A stretch of DNA of 54,880 bases. It comes from Chara braunii (Eukaryota > Plantae > Charophyceae). A model generated the notes under the pieces. The model saw only the letters and a program-made list of their open reading frames with translations. It was not told the origin of the DNA and searched no databases. Shown here in pieces: positions 11,613 to 24,200 of the stretch. Position 1 is the first letter of the stretch. Every line of letters starts with the position of its first letter. The position numbers and the translations under genes are program-made. Location: assembly GCA_003427395.1 (NCBI GenBank), contig BFEA01000041.1:4087028-4141907 (forward strand), given 5' to 3'.

Positions 11613-12430
11613 AGCGACGCGACGATGTGGATTCCCATAATGAATGCAACAAACAGGAGCCATCAATAATATGTTAATAGGAAAACGTAAGAGTATGAGC
11701 GATGATAATTATTAAAAGATGATAAGTGGCTAAGTAAAACACATGGAGCGATAGCAACAAGCGTCATTCGCATGTGGAAAAATTTTGAGTTGTTTGTTGC
11801 AATTGCAATGTAATAATTGTGACGAACACATAAAAATATGATATGGTTATCAATTTTCTGACTAAAAATTGTCTTGCGGATCACATCTATGTATCAATTT
11901 TTAAGTTAGTTGTTCCATTTGCAACGTGCGTTGGATGTTATAACGTGTTGTGCGGGCGTTTTGTTCCCACGTGTGGCAAAAAAAACAGTGACTTGTAGAT
12001 GAAAAACGCATTGACAATCTTATTATGTTATCATAATGATGCAGATTTCAGAAAAAAAAAACACAACATTGCTGATGAATCCATAGCAAACCAAAACGAA
12101 AATGCTTATTTGATGCATTTTTCGATTGATTTAGCAAAAAAATGTTGAAAATGTTAATAAAACATTTAGTGATAGTCGATAAAATGATGAAAAAAACTCA
12201 AAAAGTTAAAAAATTTTAACTACGTGCACTTGAAAAATATTTCACTATCCGAATAAACGTTGTTCAGGAGCAAAAACTTACCATTTTTGGCGGTGTAATT
12301 CGATAATTAAACCCATGGTATCCTATATACTGCGGTACAAAAACTGCCAGAAAATGAAAAAAAAAGGAAAAAAAAAGAGTTTCAATTTCGTTCAAAAATA
12401 AAAATATGTCCGTTTTGATGAAATCGCGGT

Positions 12431-12501
<71 letters not shown>

Positions 12502-12519
12502 CGTCCTCTCCTTAACACA

Positions 12520-12601
12520 ATGCACCCTGATAGCAAATGTATGCAAGCAATCTTTCTAGTCCCATACAACCATAATGAGGGAGAGTTGTGTCCGGGGAAC
12601 A

Positions 12602-12652
<51 letters not shown>

Positions 12653-12698
12653 NNNNNNNNNNNNNNNNNNNNNNNNNNNNNNNNNNNNNNNNNNNNNN

Positions 12699-12765
<67 letters not shown>

Positions 12766-12860
12766 CCCCACATTGCAGTCTTCCCTGAACACAGCCCACT
12801 CTCATTATGGCTGTACCGGCCTGGAAAGATCGCTTGTATTCATGTTATTTTGGGGAAGCG
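12520..12860. repeat. Diverged inverted repeat (about 12520-12600 vs 12781-12860) around (CT)n / gap / (TG)n
   Basis: The reverse complement of the left arm (ttccccggacacaactctccctcattatggttgtatgggactagaaagattgcttg) matches ttccctgaacacagcccactctcattatggctgtaccggcctggaaagatcgcttg. Confidence 0.75.
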
Positions 12861-12945
12861 GTACCGTCTTCTCCCCGAACGCAATCCACGACTCCACCCT
12901 GATGATGATCTTTCCGGTCCAGCACAGCGGTAATGAGGGTGCATT

Positions 12946-13013
<68 letters not shown>

Positions 13014-13523
13014 CACATCTACATTACCATCTTCCCCTGAGCGCAATGCACCCTTTCTATTCTGTACCAGATCGCTTGTACACATTCGTTATGAGGGAAA
13101 GGTGTAGTGATATGCAGGCGTGGAGTCGGAGATTGAAAATAACCCAGTGGAGTCAGTGGAAACTTTGGCGGAAAGGTGTAGAGATGGAGTATGGATGAGG
13201 GGAAAGGAGTCGAGATTTCCGCCAAGGGTCCAACGGCCAGAAAGGCCAGGGCGTATGCACAAAATGGCGGGTCCAAGTTGAGTGGCCAGGGGTATTTCGC
13301 CAAGTTTCACGTCTGTCATAGGGGCATTTCACCGTACCCATACCTTTTACTAGGCTTTTAGGGGTATCTGACGAATACCCCAACTTTCAGGGGCATCTGC
13401 ACAATTTTCCCCGAAAAAGTAGCAAAAGCAAAATCCAAACAAACAGTTGTTTGTGCCCATAAGCAGAAGCATCACTCCAAAAAAAATAAGAGAAAAACAA
13501 AAAACAAGGATTCTGAACACCTG

Positions 13524-14180
13524 GGGTCTGGTCCCACCTAAGGTTGTTGAGTTTAGAAAACTCAACGGTGTGACGCCATTTCGACATTAATGAATTCGAA
13601 ACAAGAAATAAAGAAACTGAAAAAAAAGCTAGAAACAACTTTTCTCTTTATTTTTGATAACGTAAGTCGGAGAAATGAAAAATGTCTGGAACAGTCGGAG
13701 TGACCGTCTCCGTGAAAAAGGGCTACTCCCCGTGGTGAGGGGACAGGAGGTCACCATTCGTAAAATGGACAGGGACAACGTGGATGGCCAAATGCATTCA
13801 TTGCCCAAAGAAGGAAACGAGTTTCATGCCAGAGAGCCAAACACAGCTGTCAGAGTTCCTCCGTTTCAGGATGCAATGATGTCTCAAAAACCGAAAAAAG
13901 GAAAGGCACGGCCTTTGAGAAATCTACCCTACCCTTGGTAGGGTAGTTTTCTCAACGCACAATGGTTTCCCGCCCAAACCAAAAGGGCCAAAGCATACTA
14001 CAAAACGGTTTTCACGTCAAATAAAAATTCTACAAAAAGACAAAATCTAATAGGTTATTCTCCTGTATTTCGGCACCATCAGATCGCAATACATCAACGG
14101 CAGAGCTCCATCCCACCATGCCGCAAGTGATAGAAAGCTCAGCGTTGAGAAAACTCAACGCTGTAGGTGGGACTAGACCC
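13524..14180. mobile_element. MITE, PIF/Harbinger-like (GGG-starting TIRs, 3-bp CTG target-site duplication)
   Basis: Left end ctg|GGGTCTGGTCCCACCTA; right end TAGGTGGGACTAGACCC|ctg. Both ends carry subterminal GTTGAG..AAAACTCAAC hairpins. No coding capacity. Confidence 0.75.
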
Positions 14181-14281
14181 CTGTTGCCTACCTGCACGGA
14201 CATCAAGCAACCTCATCCTTTTTTTTCCTCCTTTTGTTTTTTTTTTTTCTTACCCATCACTTCCTCCGAGCCTGTTTTTGC

Positions 14282-14670
14282 GTCCAGCGGCCTAGCTCAG
14301 TTGGTAAGGCACACATTGTCAAGTGGCATTCAGGAGGTCTTGCGTTCAATCCCCATTGGCCTCATGTACGTTCCTGGGCAAGCTTGGCGCTCGCCACCTA
14401 GAGATATGCCGTTGGTCCCCCCGAGTGGCAATGAGCAGAGACTGCTGGTGTTCATAAGGGGAGGGGACCGGAGGGGAGGCACAGTGACTGGCCCATCGAA
14501 GAAGCTCGGTCCAGATGCTACCGGCTGACCCCTGGCCGGTATCGCCCACCTGCTGTAGCAGGTATCGCACCTGCTGGTGGGTGCAGCTCCCGCATGTCCC
14601 CTCATTGGAGGCTTGAGCACGGATGTGGCTGCTACGAGGTTCCCCGTAATACTATAATGACAATAACAAA
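14282..14670 (+). mobile_element. tRNA-derived SINE-like element
   Basis: A-box TAGCTCAGTTGG (14293-14304) and B-box GTTCAATCC (14344-14352), then a GC-rich body and an A-rich end (taatgacaataacaaa). It does not form a canonical tRNA cloverleaf. Confidence 0.55.
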
Positions 14671-14957
14671 GGCCTGAAAGGCCGTCCTGTCCAGATTCGG
14701 CAGGTAATTGAATTGGTTGGGCTTAAAGAATTAGCCTTTTTTTTTTAAAAAGAACCTGTTTTTGCTGAGGTGGCACCAAGCTTTTGCTGAAGCACCACGG
14801 TGACTTTTTTCTGTTTTTTGACTGGGGCCGCCGGCCATTTCGGTCCAGTGGGGCCCCGGCTCCGAAGTGATGGTTCAACTTCGACAGCCTTGAGATATCC
14901 CTATCAGACGGACAGGCCCCAGGGAATTCAGAATTATTATTTTCTCTTCATCTAATT

Positions 14958-15023
14958 CCATCTGGATTCTAACTTGGGGGGTCCCTATCTCAACAGTTCA
15001 TGGGTGTACCAACTGAGCTATGC
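14958..15023 (-). mobile_element. tRNA-derived SINE head, second family, copy 1
   Basis: The minus strand reads gcaTAGCTCAGTTGGtacacccatgaactgttgag...GTTAGAATCCaga and is homologous to 20260-20320. Confidence 0.55.
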
Positions 15024-15035
15024 AGGCTTGACAGG

Positions 15036-15073
<38 letters not shown>

Positions 15074-15360
15074 AGACTTGACAGGCTTGTTGGTCCCTCG
15101 CCTATGTTTAATGGTGAGTGGGATCCCCTTCGCTACAAGACATTTCCTTTTCGGGCATACACCCATGCAACTTTTTGACTGGATCCGATGCACCTAGGAA
15201 ACTACCAATGTGAGTTCACAGGCAGGCCCCACTGGACTCATGGGAAGGTCTTTGTAGGGAAATTTGACTCCTTAGACCGACTCCTGATATCAGGCCTCTG
15301 AAAAGGTCGGACGCCTACCCGAGGCCCGATATTTTCCCACGCGGCAAAGGTACTAGTGGT

Positions 15361-15496
15361 TTAAGGCCCAACCAATTCATTTACCTGTCAAACCTGGACA
15401 GGCCGGCCTTTTTTTTTATTGTCATTATAGTCATACGGCGAACCCCGTAGCAGTCACATCCGTCCTCGAGCCTCCAAGGAAGGAACATGCGGGAGG
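15361..15496 (-). repeat. Inverted copy of 14588-14727 (SINE-like 3' region plus flank)
   Basis: The reverse complement ctcccgcatgttccttccttggaggctcgaggacggatgtgactgctacg...gaattggttgggccttaa aligns with 14588-14727. Confidence 0.8.
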
Positions 15497-16666
15497 CCCC
15501 CTATATGGAAACCTAGACAAATGAATACCTAGACATATATATATTCTATAATTCGTAAATATGTGTGAGAGGTGAGAGGGCCCTCCTCCTCACCCAATCA
15601 GAAAACAGCACAACATCTCTTTACCAGCATCCCATTTTTTATTTTTTTTTAAATGGCTAAGAAAAATTTGAGCTACTTACCTGAAGTGGGTTATTCGCTC
15701 TCAGACTGGCCTTCGATTGCCGAGATCAATGGCTGGAAACTCATAATCCCTGGAAATTGGCTCTTGGCCCTGTTGGGGGAGTGCATCACAAGGTAAAGGG
15801 GTCCGAAAAGAGCGCGGCTGGTGGCTGAATGTTCCAGCGCCCGTCTGTTGGTAGGCACATCAACTGTTCAAATCTTATTGGATAATGTTAGCGNNNNNNN
15901 NNNNNNNNNNNNNAGGTAAGGCAAGGTTAACGGGAGCGCAAAACACAGTGGCTGGAACTGACTGGTCCCCAAGTGTCAAACATGGAAATGGGGGAATAGC
16001 TATCATGATGTGTGTTTGCTGCCGTACATGTTGTGTGTCTGGATGGTTCAGCACCCAACTGTCAAATATTTCGGCCTTCGTGCCATGATACTGAAAACTA
16101 CCCCTTTGAGAAAAAGGGAATGGAAGTGGGGGAATAGTTATCATGAACAAAGGGGTACTATGTTCAGCAATCACGGACCAACCGGGTTGGTCCCCGATCC
16201 TGCTCAGTTGGCTCTCCTCGGCCAGGGAGGGGCCCCAGACGGGCCAGTGGACCGGCCCAGCAGATGCCTGGGTGGCACCGGCACATTCTTGCTTGGAGGG
16301 CTTTACAGGGCATGAAATGGCTTGGGCTTGCCTCCACCAGCGTCCCGGAGTGCACCGCCTTGACGGGAAAAGGAAGGGGGCTGGTAGGACCCTCCTTTCA
16401 TGAAAAGAGCTGGCACACGATCTGGGCTGCCGCCGGTCTTGCGAGATCGGCGGACAGACAATATGCAGCAAGGATGGGAGAAGAAACTGTAGCAAGAAGA
16501 GGGAGTGAATCTGCAGGAGGAGGATGAGAATCTGGAGCGAAAGGAAAATGTGCAGCAGAAGCAACATGCGCAGGTGGAGGACAAGCTGGCTGCAACGCCG
16601 ATGGCGTACAAACACAGGCCCGCCCAACTGGGTCACAGCATGTTGGAATTGTGAAAAAGTCATACG

Positions 16667-16745
16667 AATGGCAAGCTGCGTTCCGACATGCTGCGACCCA
16701 GTAATACAAATGGCAAGCTGCGTTCCGACATGCTGCGACCCAGTT
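16667..16745. repeat. Short tandem duplication (aatggcaagctgcgttccgacatgctgcgacccagt x2)
   Basis: Direct observation. Confidence 0.85.
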
Positions 16746-17018
16746 GGGCAAGAGAGGAGAAGCAGCCCAGAGGAGTGGTGGACAACAGCACAGCTCCGTT
16801 CCCTGCAACGATCGAGGATGCTCGACATGACAACCTCAGGAAAAGCAAGGCAAAGAGAAAGAGGAAGGCACTGGTGGACGAGGTCCCTGCAGAGCCATAT
16901 CATCATCCAGGGAGGTCTAAAAAGAAAAGGTCTGGCAAAATTCTCCGAAAACAGCAGAAACGCAGCCTGGGCGGGCCTCACAAGGGATGGTGATTTCGGA
17001 CGAGGATGGCGATTTTTC

Positions 17019-17106
<88 letters not shown>

Positions 17107-19176
17107 TTCCCACTCTCGTACTCTAAAAGTTTTGGGCACTGTGTGATTTTCACGAAATGAACCTCTACCGGGAAAGTCGGCTGCCATCGTTTCTTCTTCT
17201 TCGTCTTCTTCTTCTTCTTCTTCTTCTTCTTCTTCTTCTTCTTTATCCGAGTCTTCGTCTTATCTGCAGTTCATTATTGCTCTTGCTTTTCTCCATGCTG
17301 CTGTAGTCCATGCTGTTGTCTATGTTTGTTGATGTCCATGCTTGTTGGTCCTCTGTCAGTACCCTCATCTTCCCTGAGCGCAACCTTCTATCGTCTACCC
17401 ACACCCCCCCCGCCCCCAAAAAGAAAGAAAAGGAAAGAAATTTTCAGAAAAGGTTACTGGATGAAAATTTCGCTTTGCGGATTTCCATAGCTCTCGGTGA
17501 ACACAACTGGGCCCTGTTGTAATAAACAATTGGGACCGTTTTGGGACCAATCAGATTTCCAATCAGACCATCTGAACAGGACCACCCCTGGCAGAACCGG
17601 TCGGACGCCAGACCATCCCTATATCGTAAATCATTTTTAAATCGTTTTTAAATCATTTTTAAATGTAAGTCCTTTTATTTACAAGGTAAGTACTTCATAA
17701 AGTGGTGCCCGTTAACAAGCCACGATTGTAGGAAATGTACGGATGAGAACAGGAGCGCCCAAATTCATTTGCCTAGAAACGTTTCTACTCTATTTATTCC
17801 CATGGCCTATAGCTGGGCCGAAGTACTGGTGGTCTAAATGGTATATGTGATCACCGCCTAGAAACGTTTCTACTCTATTTCTACTCTATGTTACCAGAGT
17901 GGGCCGGGACCGCTTGCCCAGCCGGGCCAAAAATGAATTAAAATATACATGTCGTCAAACAGAACTATATATTTATATATATTGTCACATGATATCAGAG
18001 TGCCAAAGCCGAAAACAGAAACAAGAAAAACTTAATTCATTTTGAATCTTCTTCCTTACAACTCCCCCTGCTCAGGACCTCTTGCGTACAAGGCCGCCCA
18101 CGTGGATGTAGGTTATATATATACATATCATCAAGCAGAGATGTCGGGTAAACCGTAGGCGGAGAGGGAAAAGAGGACAACAAACGAGGGGCTGTGAGAA
18201 ACTGTTTCGTCGGAGTTTCACCGACTCATCAGGAGGCTATATATAACAATCATAATAAGATGCTAGCGTAGCGCTCGCGGTGCGGGCGGTGCGGCCTACG
18301 CCCGCAACCAAAAAGCGGGAAACGACATGCCCACCGGAAAGCGACACGCCCACCGGGAAACAAAAAGAAAAGAAAAAACGAAACGACAAAACGACACACC
18401 CACCAACACACCCACCGGGAAACAAAAAGAAAAGAAAAACAAAAAGCGGGAAAAATAAGAAAAAAAATAAGAGGACACGAAACAAAAAGAAAAGCAAAAA
18501 TGAAAAGCGGGAAACAACAGGCCAAAAGGAAAATGCTAAAAAAAAAAAAAAAAAGGCCACCCGCTTACCGACAGCAGCGGCTTCAATATATTCCCTCACA
18601 TCTACGCCCGCCGCCGCCCGGCCCCGTGGGCGCGCTCACTCGTTTAATGGCGCGCTCTGAACATTTCGGTACACGCGCCCCTCTGCACACTCCCCCGCCC
18701 TGGATCGCCTTCATCCGATGGCTCCCCTCAAAACTTTGACCCTAAATCCGCCGTGCAGCGGACCATCGACCTCCCCCCCACGGCCAATGCTGCTTAAGGG
18801 GTAGGATTTTTAATTTGTTTTTTATTTTAAAATTTGGCAAAGAATTATGATCCAACCCTGTTATCGAGTTTAGTTTTCTGCACACGCACAAGCCGCACAA
18901 CATTGTTTGTTTTCCGATCTTTTGATTTTTTTTTATTTTTATTTTTTTCAGTGACCTTCGCTGGCCCTTGCCCGGACGGGCCGCCTGGGCAACCAAGGTG
19001 ACCCGGGCGGCCCCGTTGGTAAAACAGGTTGGCAGGTCGTAGATGGGTATTGTGGTTTTGCCACTGGGTTCAAATCTCGAGGATCTGCAGCCCATGTGTG
19101 TCCTTTAGGTCGGGCGATCAACAGATAGGTCTATGAACCTGATACTCCCTATGCTTTTGCAACTTTGGTCGACCAG

Positions 19177-19216
<40 letters not shown>

Positions 19217-20186
19217 AAACAAACAAACAAACAAGGGACTAGTATTACCAGGATGAATAGGAAGACCTGCACGCAGCTTGCCCCTTCTTTTTTCTAGGCT
19301 GCTCAATCCTCAAGCAGAATGCTCCCGTCGAGACCAAAAGAAGACGACACGACCAAAATAAATGATTCCATGCAGGCCTACAGTAGACGACCAAAACGCC
19401 TGACATGCGACCACACTGGCATGCAATCAAAGTTATCAAACCAAAAACAAACCCTTGACCTAAAACGACACTTAACCCAATCCTAGCCGGTCAGTCTACC
19501 TAAGGAGGGAGCTAGCAAAAACCACCATGTGTGTTGTGCAAGCAATCACCGAACATGATCTCCAAATCCAACAGTAGAATAGACTGGAGCATTCGTCCCA
19601 ATTAAACAAAAATAAAAATAAAAAAATAAAATAAATAATAATAAAAAAAAAAAAAATCATTAACCATTTAGAATTACACTTAGTGCCAGGTTTCCCACAT
19701 TTGTCTAGTTAACTGCCAGGTGGTTTAACTTCTAACTTTTAACTTTTAACTTCTAACTTCCCACAGCTCTTCGGTTGAATCGTTTGCGACTGGTAGTGTG
19801 TTTTAACTTTTAACTTTTAACCCCCATCACCATAGCAACCCCTTGACCACTACGTCGCCCAGCCATTTTTAACCCTACCCTGCCGCAAATTTTGTGGTTT
19901 GGCCTACCGTGGCGAAATGGCTGCTGCCCCAGCCAGAAGGAGGTCAGTGCCTGTTCTTTTCTTTGGGCACACAGTGCGTTTGCAGGCTCGGAAGGAGAAG
20001 CGTCAAAGGTAACTGGTGGTCTAAACAAGTTTGCGTTGCTTGTGAAACGAATATTAAAGAAACCGTTCTTTTTGCCTTTTCTGTGCAGTTTCGTTTTTTT
20101 CTGTCTTTTTTTTTAAGCTTTTTCTAAGTTTTTCTTTTTCATGGTAGGTAAATAAATAAATAACTTTAAATAAAAGTGCACATCAG

Positions 20187-20219
<33 letters not shown>

Positions 20220-20259
20220 AATTGGTTTTACAACTTTACTCATCAAGTTCCATTATCTG

Positions 20260-20465
20260 TCTGGATTCGAACTCGGGTCTGTATTTTCAACAGTTCATGG
20301 GTGTACCCACTGAGCTAGGCTCTTGGGCACACATTGGCCTTTACATTTGCAGTTCTTCCTTGTCTTTTTTCTTTAAAAGGGTGACAGCCGTGGGTTCGAA
20401 CTCCTGTCTGTATTTCAATTGTTCATTGGGGCTACGACGCTAGGGCCATTGGTACAAAGCTAGGC
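20260..20465 (-). mobile_element. tRNA-derived SINE heads: copy 2 at 20260-20320 and a degenerate copy 3 at about 20391-20465
   Basis: The minus strand reads gccTAGCTCAGTGGGtacacccatgaactgttgaaaatacagacccgaGTTCGAATCCaga, with a consensus B-box. Poly(T) at 20188-20216 reads as a downstream poly(A) on the minus strand. Confidence 0.6.
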
Positions 20466-20687
20466 CCATTGGTACAGCAGTTCTATCTTTCCTTTTTTTT
20501 CCCCTTTTGTTTCTTTCGCGGTTCCTTTCTCGTTTCTTCTTTCAGCTCTCTCTTTAGAGTCTTTACTACCCCACTCAGGTACAGGGCTCGCCACTGAGTG
20601 CAAAAGCTGCCACACCGCCATGTGCCATAATGATCACATTGCACCCCTTCTTTTGTTTTTTTTTCCATTAACGAAATGCTCCATTCT

Positions 20688-20724
<37 letters not shown>

Positions 20725-21057
20725 CAAGTTCACTTTTTTTTTCGCTGCAGAGCTCTCTGGAGGATGGGGGGGTGGGTGGGCGGGGGGGGGGGGGGGAGGG
20801 GGAGGCTGCACCTGGTCCATGCTCATTTATGGATGCATTTAACAATTCTGTTTCTGTTTTCTCATTGATTTGTTTGCACTCAGCAATTCTGCACGAGAAA
20901 CAGGGTGGGAGGGCGAGGGGGAGGAAGGGGGAAACGAGAAGACGGGAGAAAAGGCGTGGAGCGAGAAGAGGAACAGAAAAAAAAGCAAACAAAAAGAGAC
21001 AGACGTAACACTGGCCAGCACAACAGGGGTCAGTGGCCGCTGTGCATCGATCCCAAA

Positions 21058-21250
21058 CCATATGACGACGGCCAAGGACTGAACATGACTGACTCGTGTG
21101 GGGCATGTGGAAGCAGCACGCCCAATTCTTACAGCGGCACCTCTATGGGTGCATTGCAGGCTCTGTAGCAGATGCCAGGTCCCACGCCATACGACCATGG
21201 CCAAGGACTGAACAGGACTGATTCGCGTGGGGCATGTGGAAGCAGCACGT
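21058..21250. repeat. Two-copy tandem repeat (ccata..gac..ggccaaggactgaaca.gactga..cg.gtggggcatgtggaagcagcacg)
   Basis: Direct observation; period about 129 bp. Confidence 0.8.
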
Positions 21251-24200
21251 CCGTCCAACCCTGACAGTGGCACCTCAACTATGGTTGCATAGCAGGCTCA
21301 AAATCAGATGGCATCGGAGGGAGCCTAGCGCGGTGGGTCGGATATGAGTGATCCAAGTGCAGAGGATGCTGGCAGTGTGAGTAGTCCAGATAGGATGGAC
21401 ACAAGGCATCTCCACACCACTGTGTCGAAACAAAAAAGTACAAGTGCGTGTTCCCGCGGAGAGTGGCAACATGCATCGGTTACTCTTTGTAGTAACCGAT
21501 GCATCTTGCCACTCTCTTCGGGAACATGCACGCGTGCCTTTTTCATTTCGACGGTGGTGAGGTGAGGCCCACATGCTATCCACAACTACCTCCTGAAAAC
21601 AGGCACGACACATGGCATGCTGCTGACATGCCCCAAAAACACCTGCTCACTGCTCAGCATCGACAAATCATTCAGACAAGGCATTTCCAGACTACCCCCA
21701 CAGAACGGGCAGCTAAATAGTGAATGAGGCGGACGAACACAGGATGTTGTGGTGTCGCAATCTTCAAGGCAAAGGCTGAAGGCTGGTGGTGACCACCACT
21801 TCATAACGAGTGATTCAGAAAACAGAAGTTTCATGCAGTGCGCATGCTGGCCGCAGAATGGCATTGCACAAGAACTGTCCTCCAAAGCAATCCCCAAGGC
21901 ACTGCCAGTTTGACTGGTGCTTCATCAGTAGCCATTCTAGGCTCAGCAGATGGATCGGTTGCAGGGCCCGCCCGCACCCCCATGGAGCGGATGGAACCTG
22001 CGTGCTATCTTGGGCTTCATGAGCCCTCAGCTCCATGGAGACTGTACAAGGGTCACCCATATTACCCCCCTTGGAGCAGATGGAACCCAGGTGCTATCTT
22101 GGGCCGTGAGCCTGCAGGCCCATAACTTTCCCAAACAACCTCAAAACCTAAAACAGGACTTGTATAGCTCTTACCGATAAGAAGTTATGTCAGGTTAGGC
22201 ACCGCCTGGTCTCTCCGGCCGCTGTCCCACAGAAACCAGAATTGTTAACCAAAAAAATAAAGTAAAAAAAAGGAACCACGATTTGTCGGTGAGGGCAACG
22301 GCAGAAACATGTCAAAAAGGGAAATGCAGAACATACGTACAAATGCCCAGGACCTTGACCAGCCCTTCGGCCGGACCTGGCCCGGCCAGAGGCTACCCGG
22401 GCCAAACTGAGGCCACCCGGCGGGTAACCCAGCTGGGCAGACAATTTATGCTCCATTTCTATCGGGCCTCAGGATGTCCGCGAAGTCAGAAACAGGATAC
22501 GAGGGGCAGCAATGACCGACGAACGACTGGCAAAGAGGCACGCATGAATGGCGAAGTACACGTCCTTTGTTTTTTTTTTTCTATTTTGTTTTTTTTCTTT
22601 TGAGAAAACAACCCGAGTGAATGCTAGGGGTGCTGATAAGAGCAGACACCACTAGCATGCTCGGGGAGGCTCCACCTATTGGTGGGGAGCGGCACGTCCT
22701 TTGGGACAACCGTCGCACGGATTGGAACAATACACAGAAGATGAGCATGACCCCTGCACGAGAACAACACACGTAAATTGAGAACTTTATTATTAAAAAA
22801 AAAAAGAAACGCAATGTCCGCACACTGTTTATCAGGTCAGGGCCATAAGGACCTGTTAAAGGGGGGGGGGGAACAAGGTACCCACAGTGGATTGCCTTAG
22901 CAGTACAAGATCTTCTGCATCCGAGGGCAGGTTGACCCCTCGTGAATAGTGGTTACGCAGCATTTGTAACGGGATGTGGTGGGTCTCGACCGCGTAAGAA
23001 CGGATCGAAAGCTGTTTCAGCGTGTTTAGGAGAGGCCCTGGGGAATTTAGGGGAAGGATCTCCTCTATTGTGCGGTGTGCCACCAGGGCACACACACAAG
23101 GCAGAGGGTTACAAGCCTTATCAACTGAATGGAAGGGAAGGGGGACAGAGAGAACGGTTACATCAGTCGACCAAGTTGAGTAAGCACCGGTGAGCCCATG
23201 ACGTCCAAATCCCGCACAAGCCGCAGCTTCTCGGGTCTGCACTTGCAGCCAACAGTGCTCTAGAAAGAGTCGTTACAGTGGACAGCTGACCCTGTATGCA
23301 ATGTTCCCTGGCTAGCGACCCACGGCGGCGTTTACCCTATCTATCCACGACTCACTAGAGTCTCCGCATATGCCGATAACAGTGTGACAGCATGTGCCCG
23401 CATTGCGAACAGGGCACCAAAGGTCTCTGCCAGTTAGCAAGAGACAAGATGGTCGCCTGGGAGCGGATGGACGGGAGGGGGGATGCCGATGCTGACATGA
23501 TGATCACACCAAGAGTGCACTGATGATGACGGCGATGATGAAGATGAGATGATGAAGCATAGGTAGAAGAGGAGGCCGAAATGGAGGAGGAGGAGGAGGA
23601 GGAGGAGGAGGGCAGAGAAAAGGTGGTCGCAGTCGATTGCGGGCAACGGGCTCCTCGTCAACATGATTAGTATTTGATTACTCAAGCCTGTTTCTTGAAG
23701 ATCGCTCAGAATCGAGGGCCGGCGTCAACTTGCCGTCCTGCATCAGCTGAGCGCAGTCGTGCATTTGCAGCAAGTGTAGGGGCAGTCTGTACACACTGCA
23801 CAACGCTGGCTTGGTTGGCCTCCTACTTCTGTAGTGATCTGTGCATTGCTGTGGGTGGTCTCTGACTCTCTGCAGCAGCAGTTTGCTCCATGGCCCATCA
23901 CAGCAGCAGTTGTTGCTCTTGCATTTCCTCGGTCATCAGCTGTTAGCTTCTGTGGTAGAAACAGTCCCTTCTCCAGCACCAACACAACAAGCAGGACTGC
24001 CTGACTGGAAGGAAGCACCCTACAACACACATGGTTAACAGGGGGTGCCATTTTTGGCAAATTTTGCACTGAAACTGTCACATTGCCCTGATTTTTTGCT
24101 TTTTCTCTTGATTCTTTTTTGGTGTGATTATGTGATATGTATGTGCTTTAGGGTGGTGTGAAAACAGCAAATTTGCGGCCCTCCGTTAACCGCATGTCCA

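Larger units (their letters stand above)
1..11670 (+). mobile_element. Putative large composite DNA transposon: palindrome arrays, DDD transposase and at least 5 co-oriented intronless cargo ORFs; termini not identified
   Basis: All ORFs are on + and intronless and show similar decay (stops, frameshifts). The same palindrome occurs in two arrays within the block. Paralogous cargo ORFs lie on both sides of array 2. The gap at 1394-1738 interrupts linkage, and no TIR or TSD was seen. Confidence 0.55.

Noticed and set aside
14282-14362. Functional tRNA gene
   Set aside because: A and B boxes are present, but no convincing acceptor or anticodon stems; better explained as a SINE head.
15875-17021. 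368-aa minus ORF and overlapping plus ORFs
   Set aside because: No recognisable domain, ORFs overlap on both strands, and the region includes a gap and a tandem duplication.
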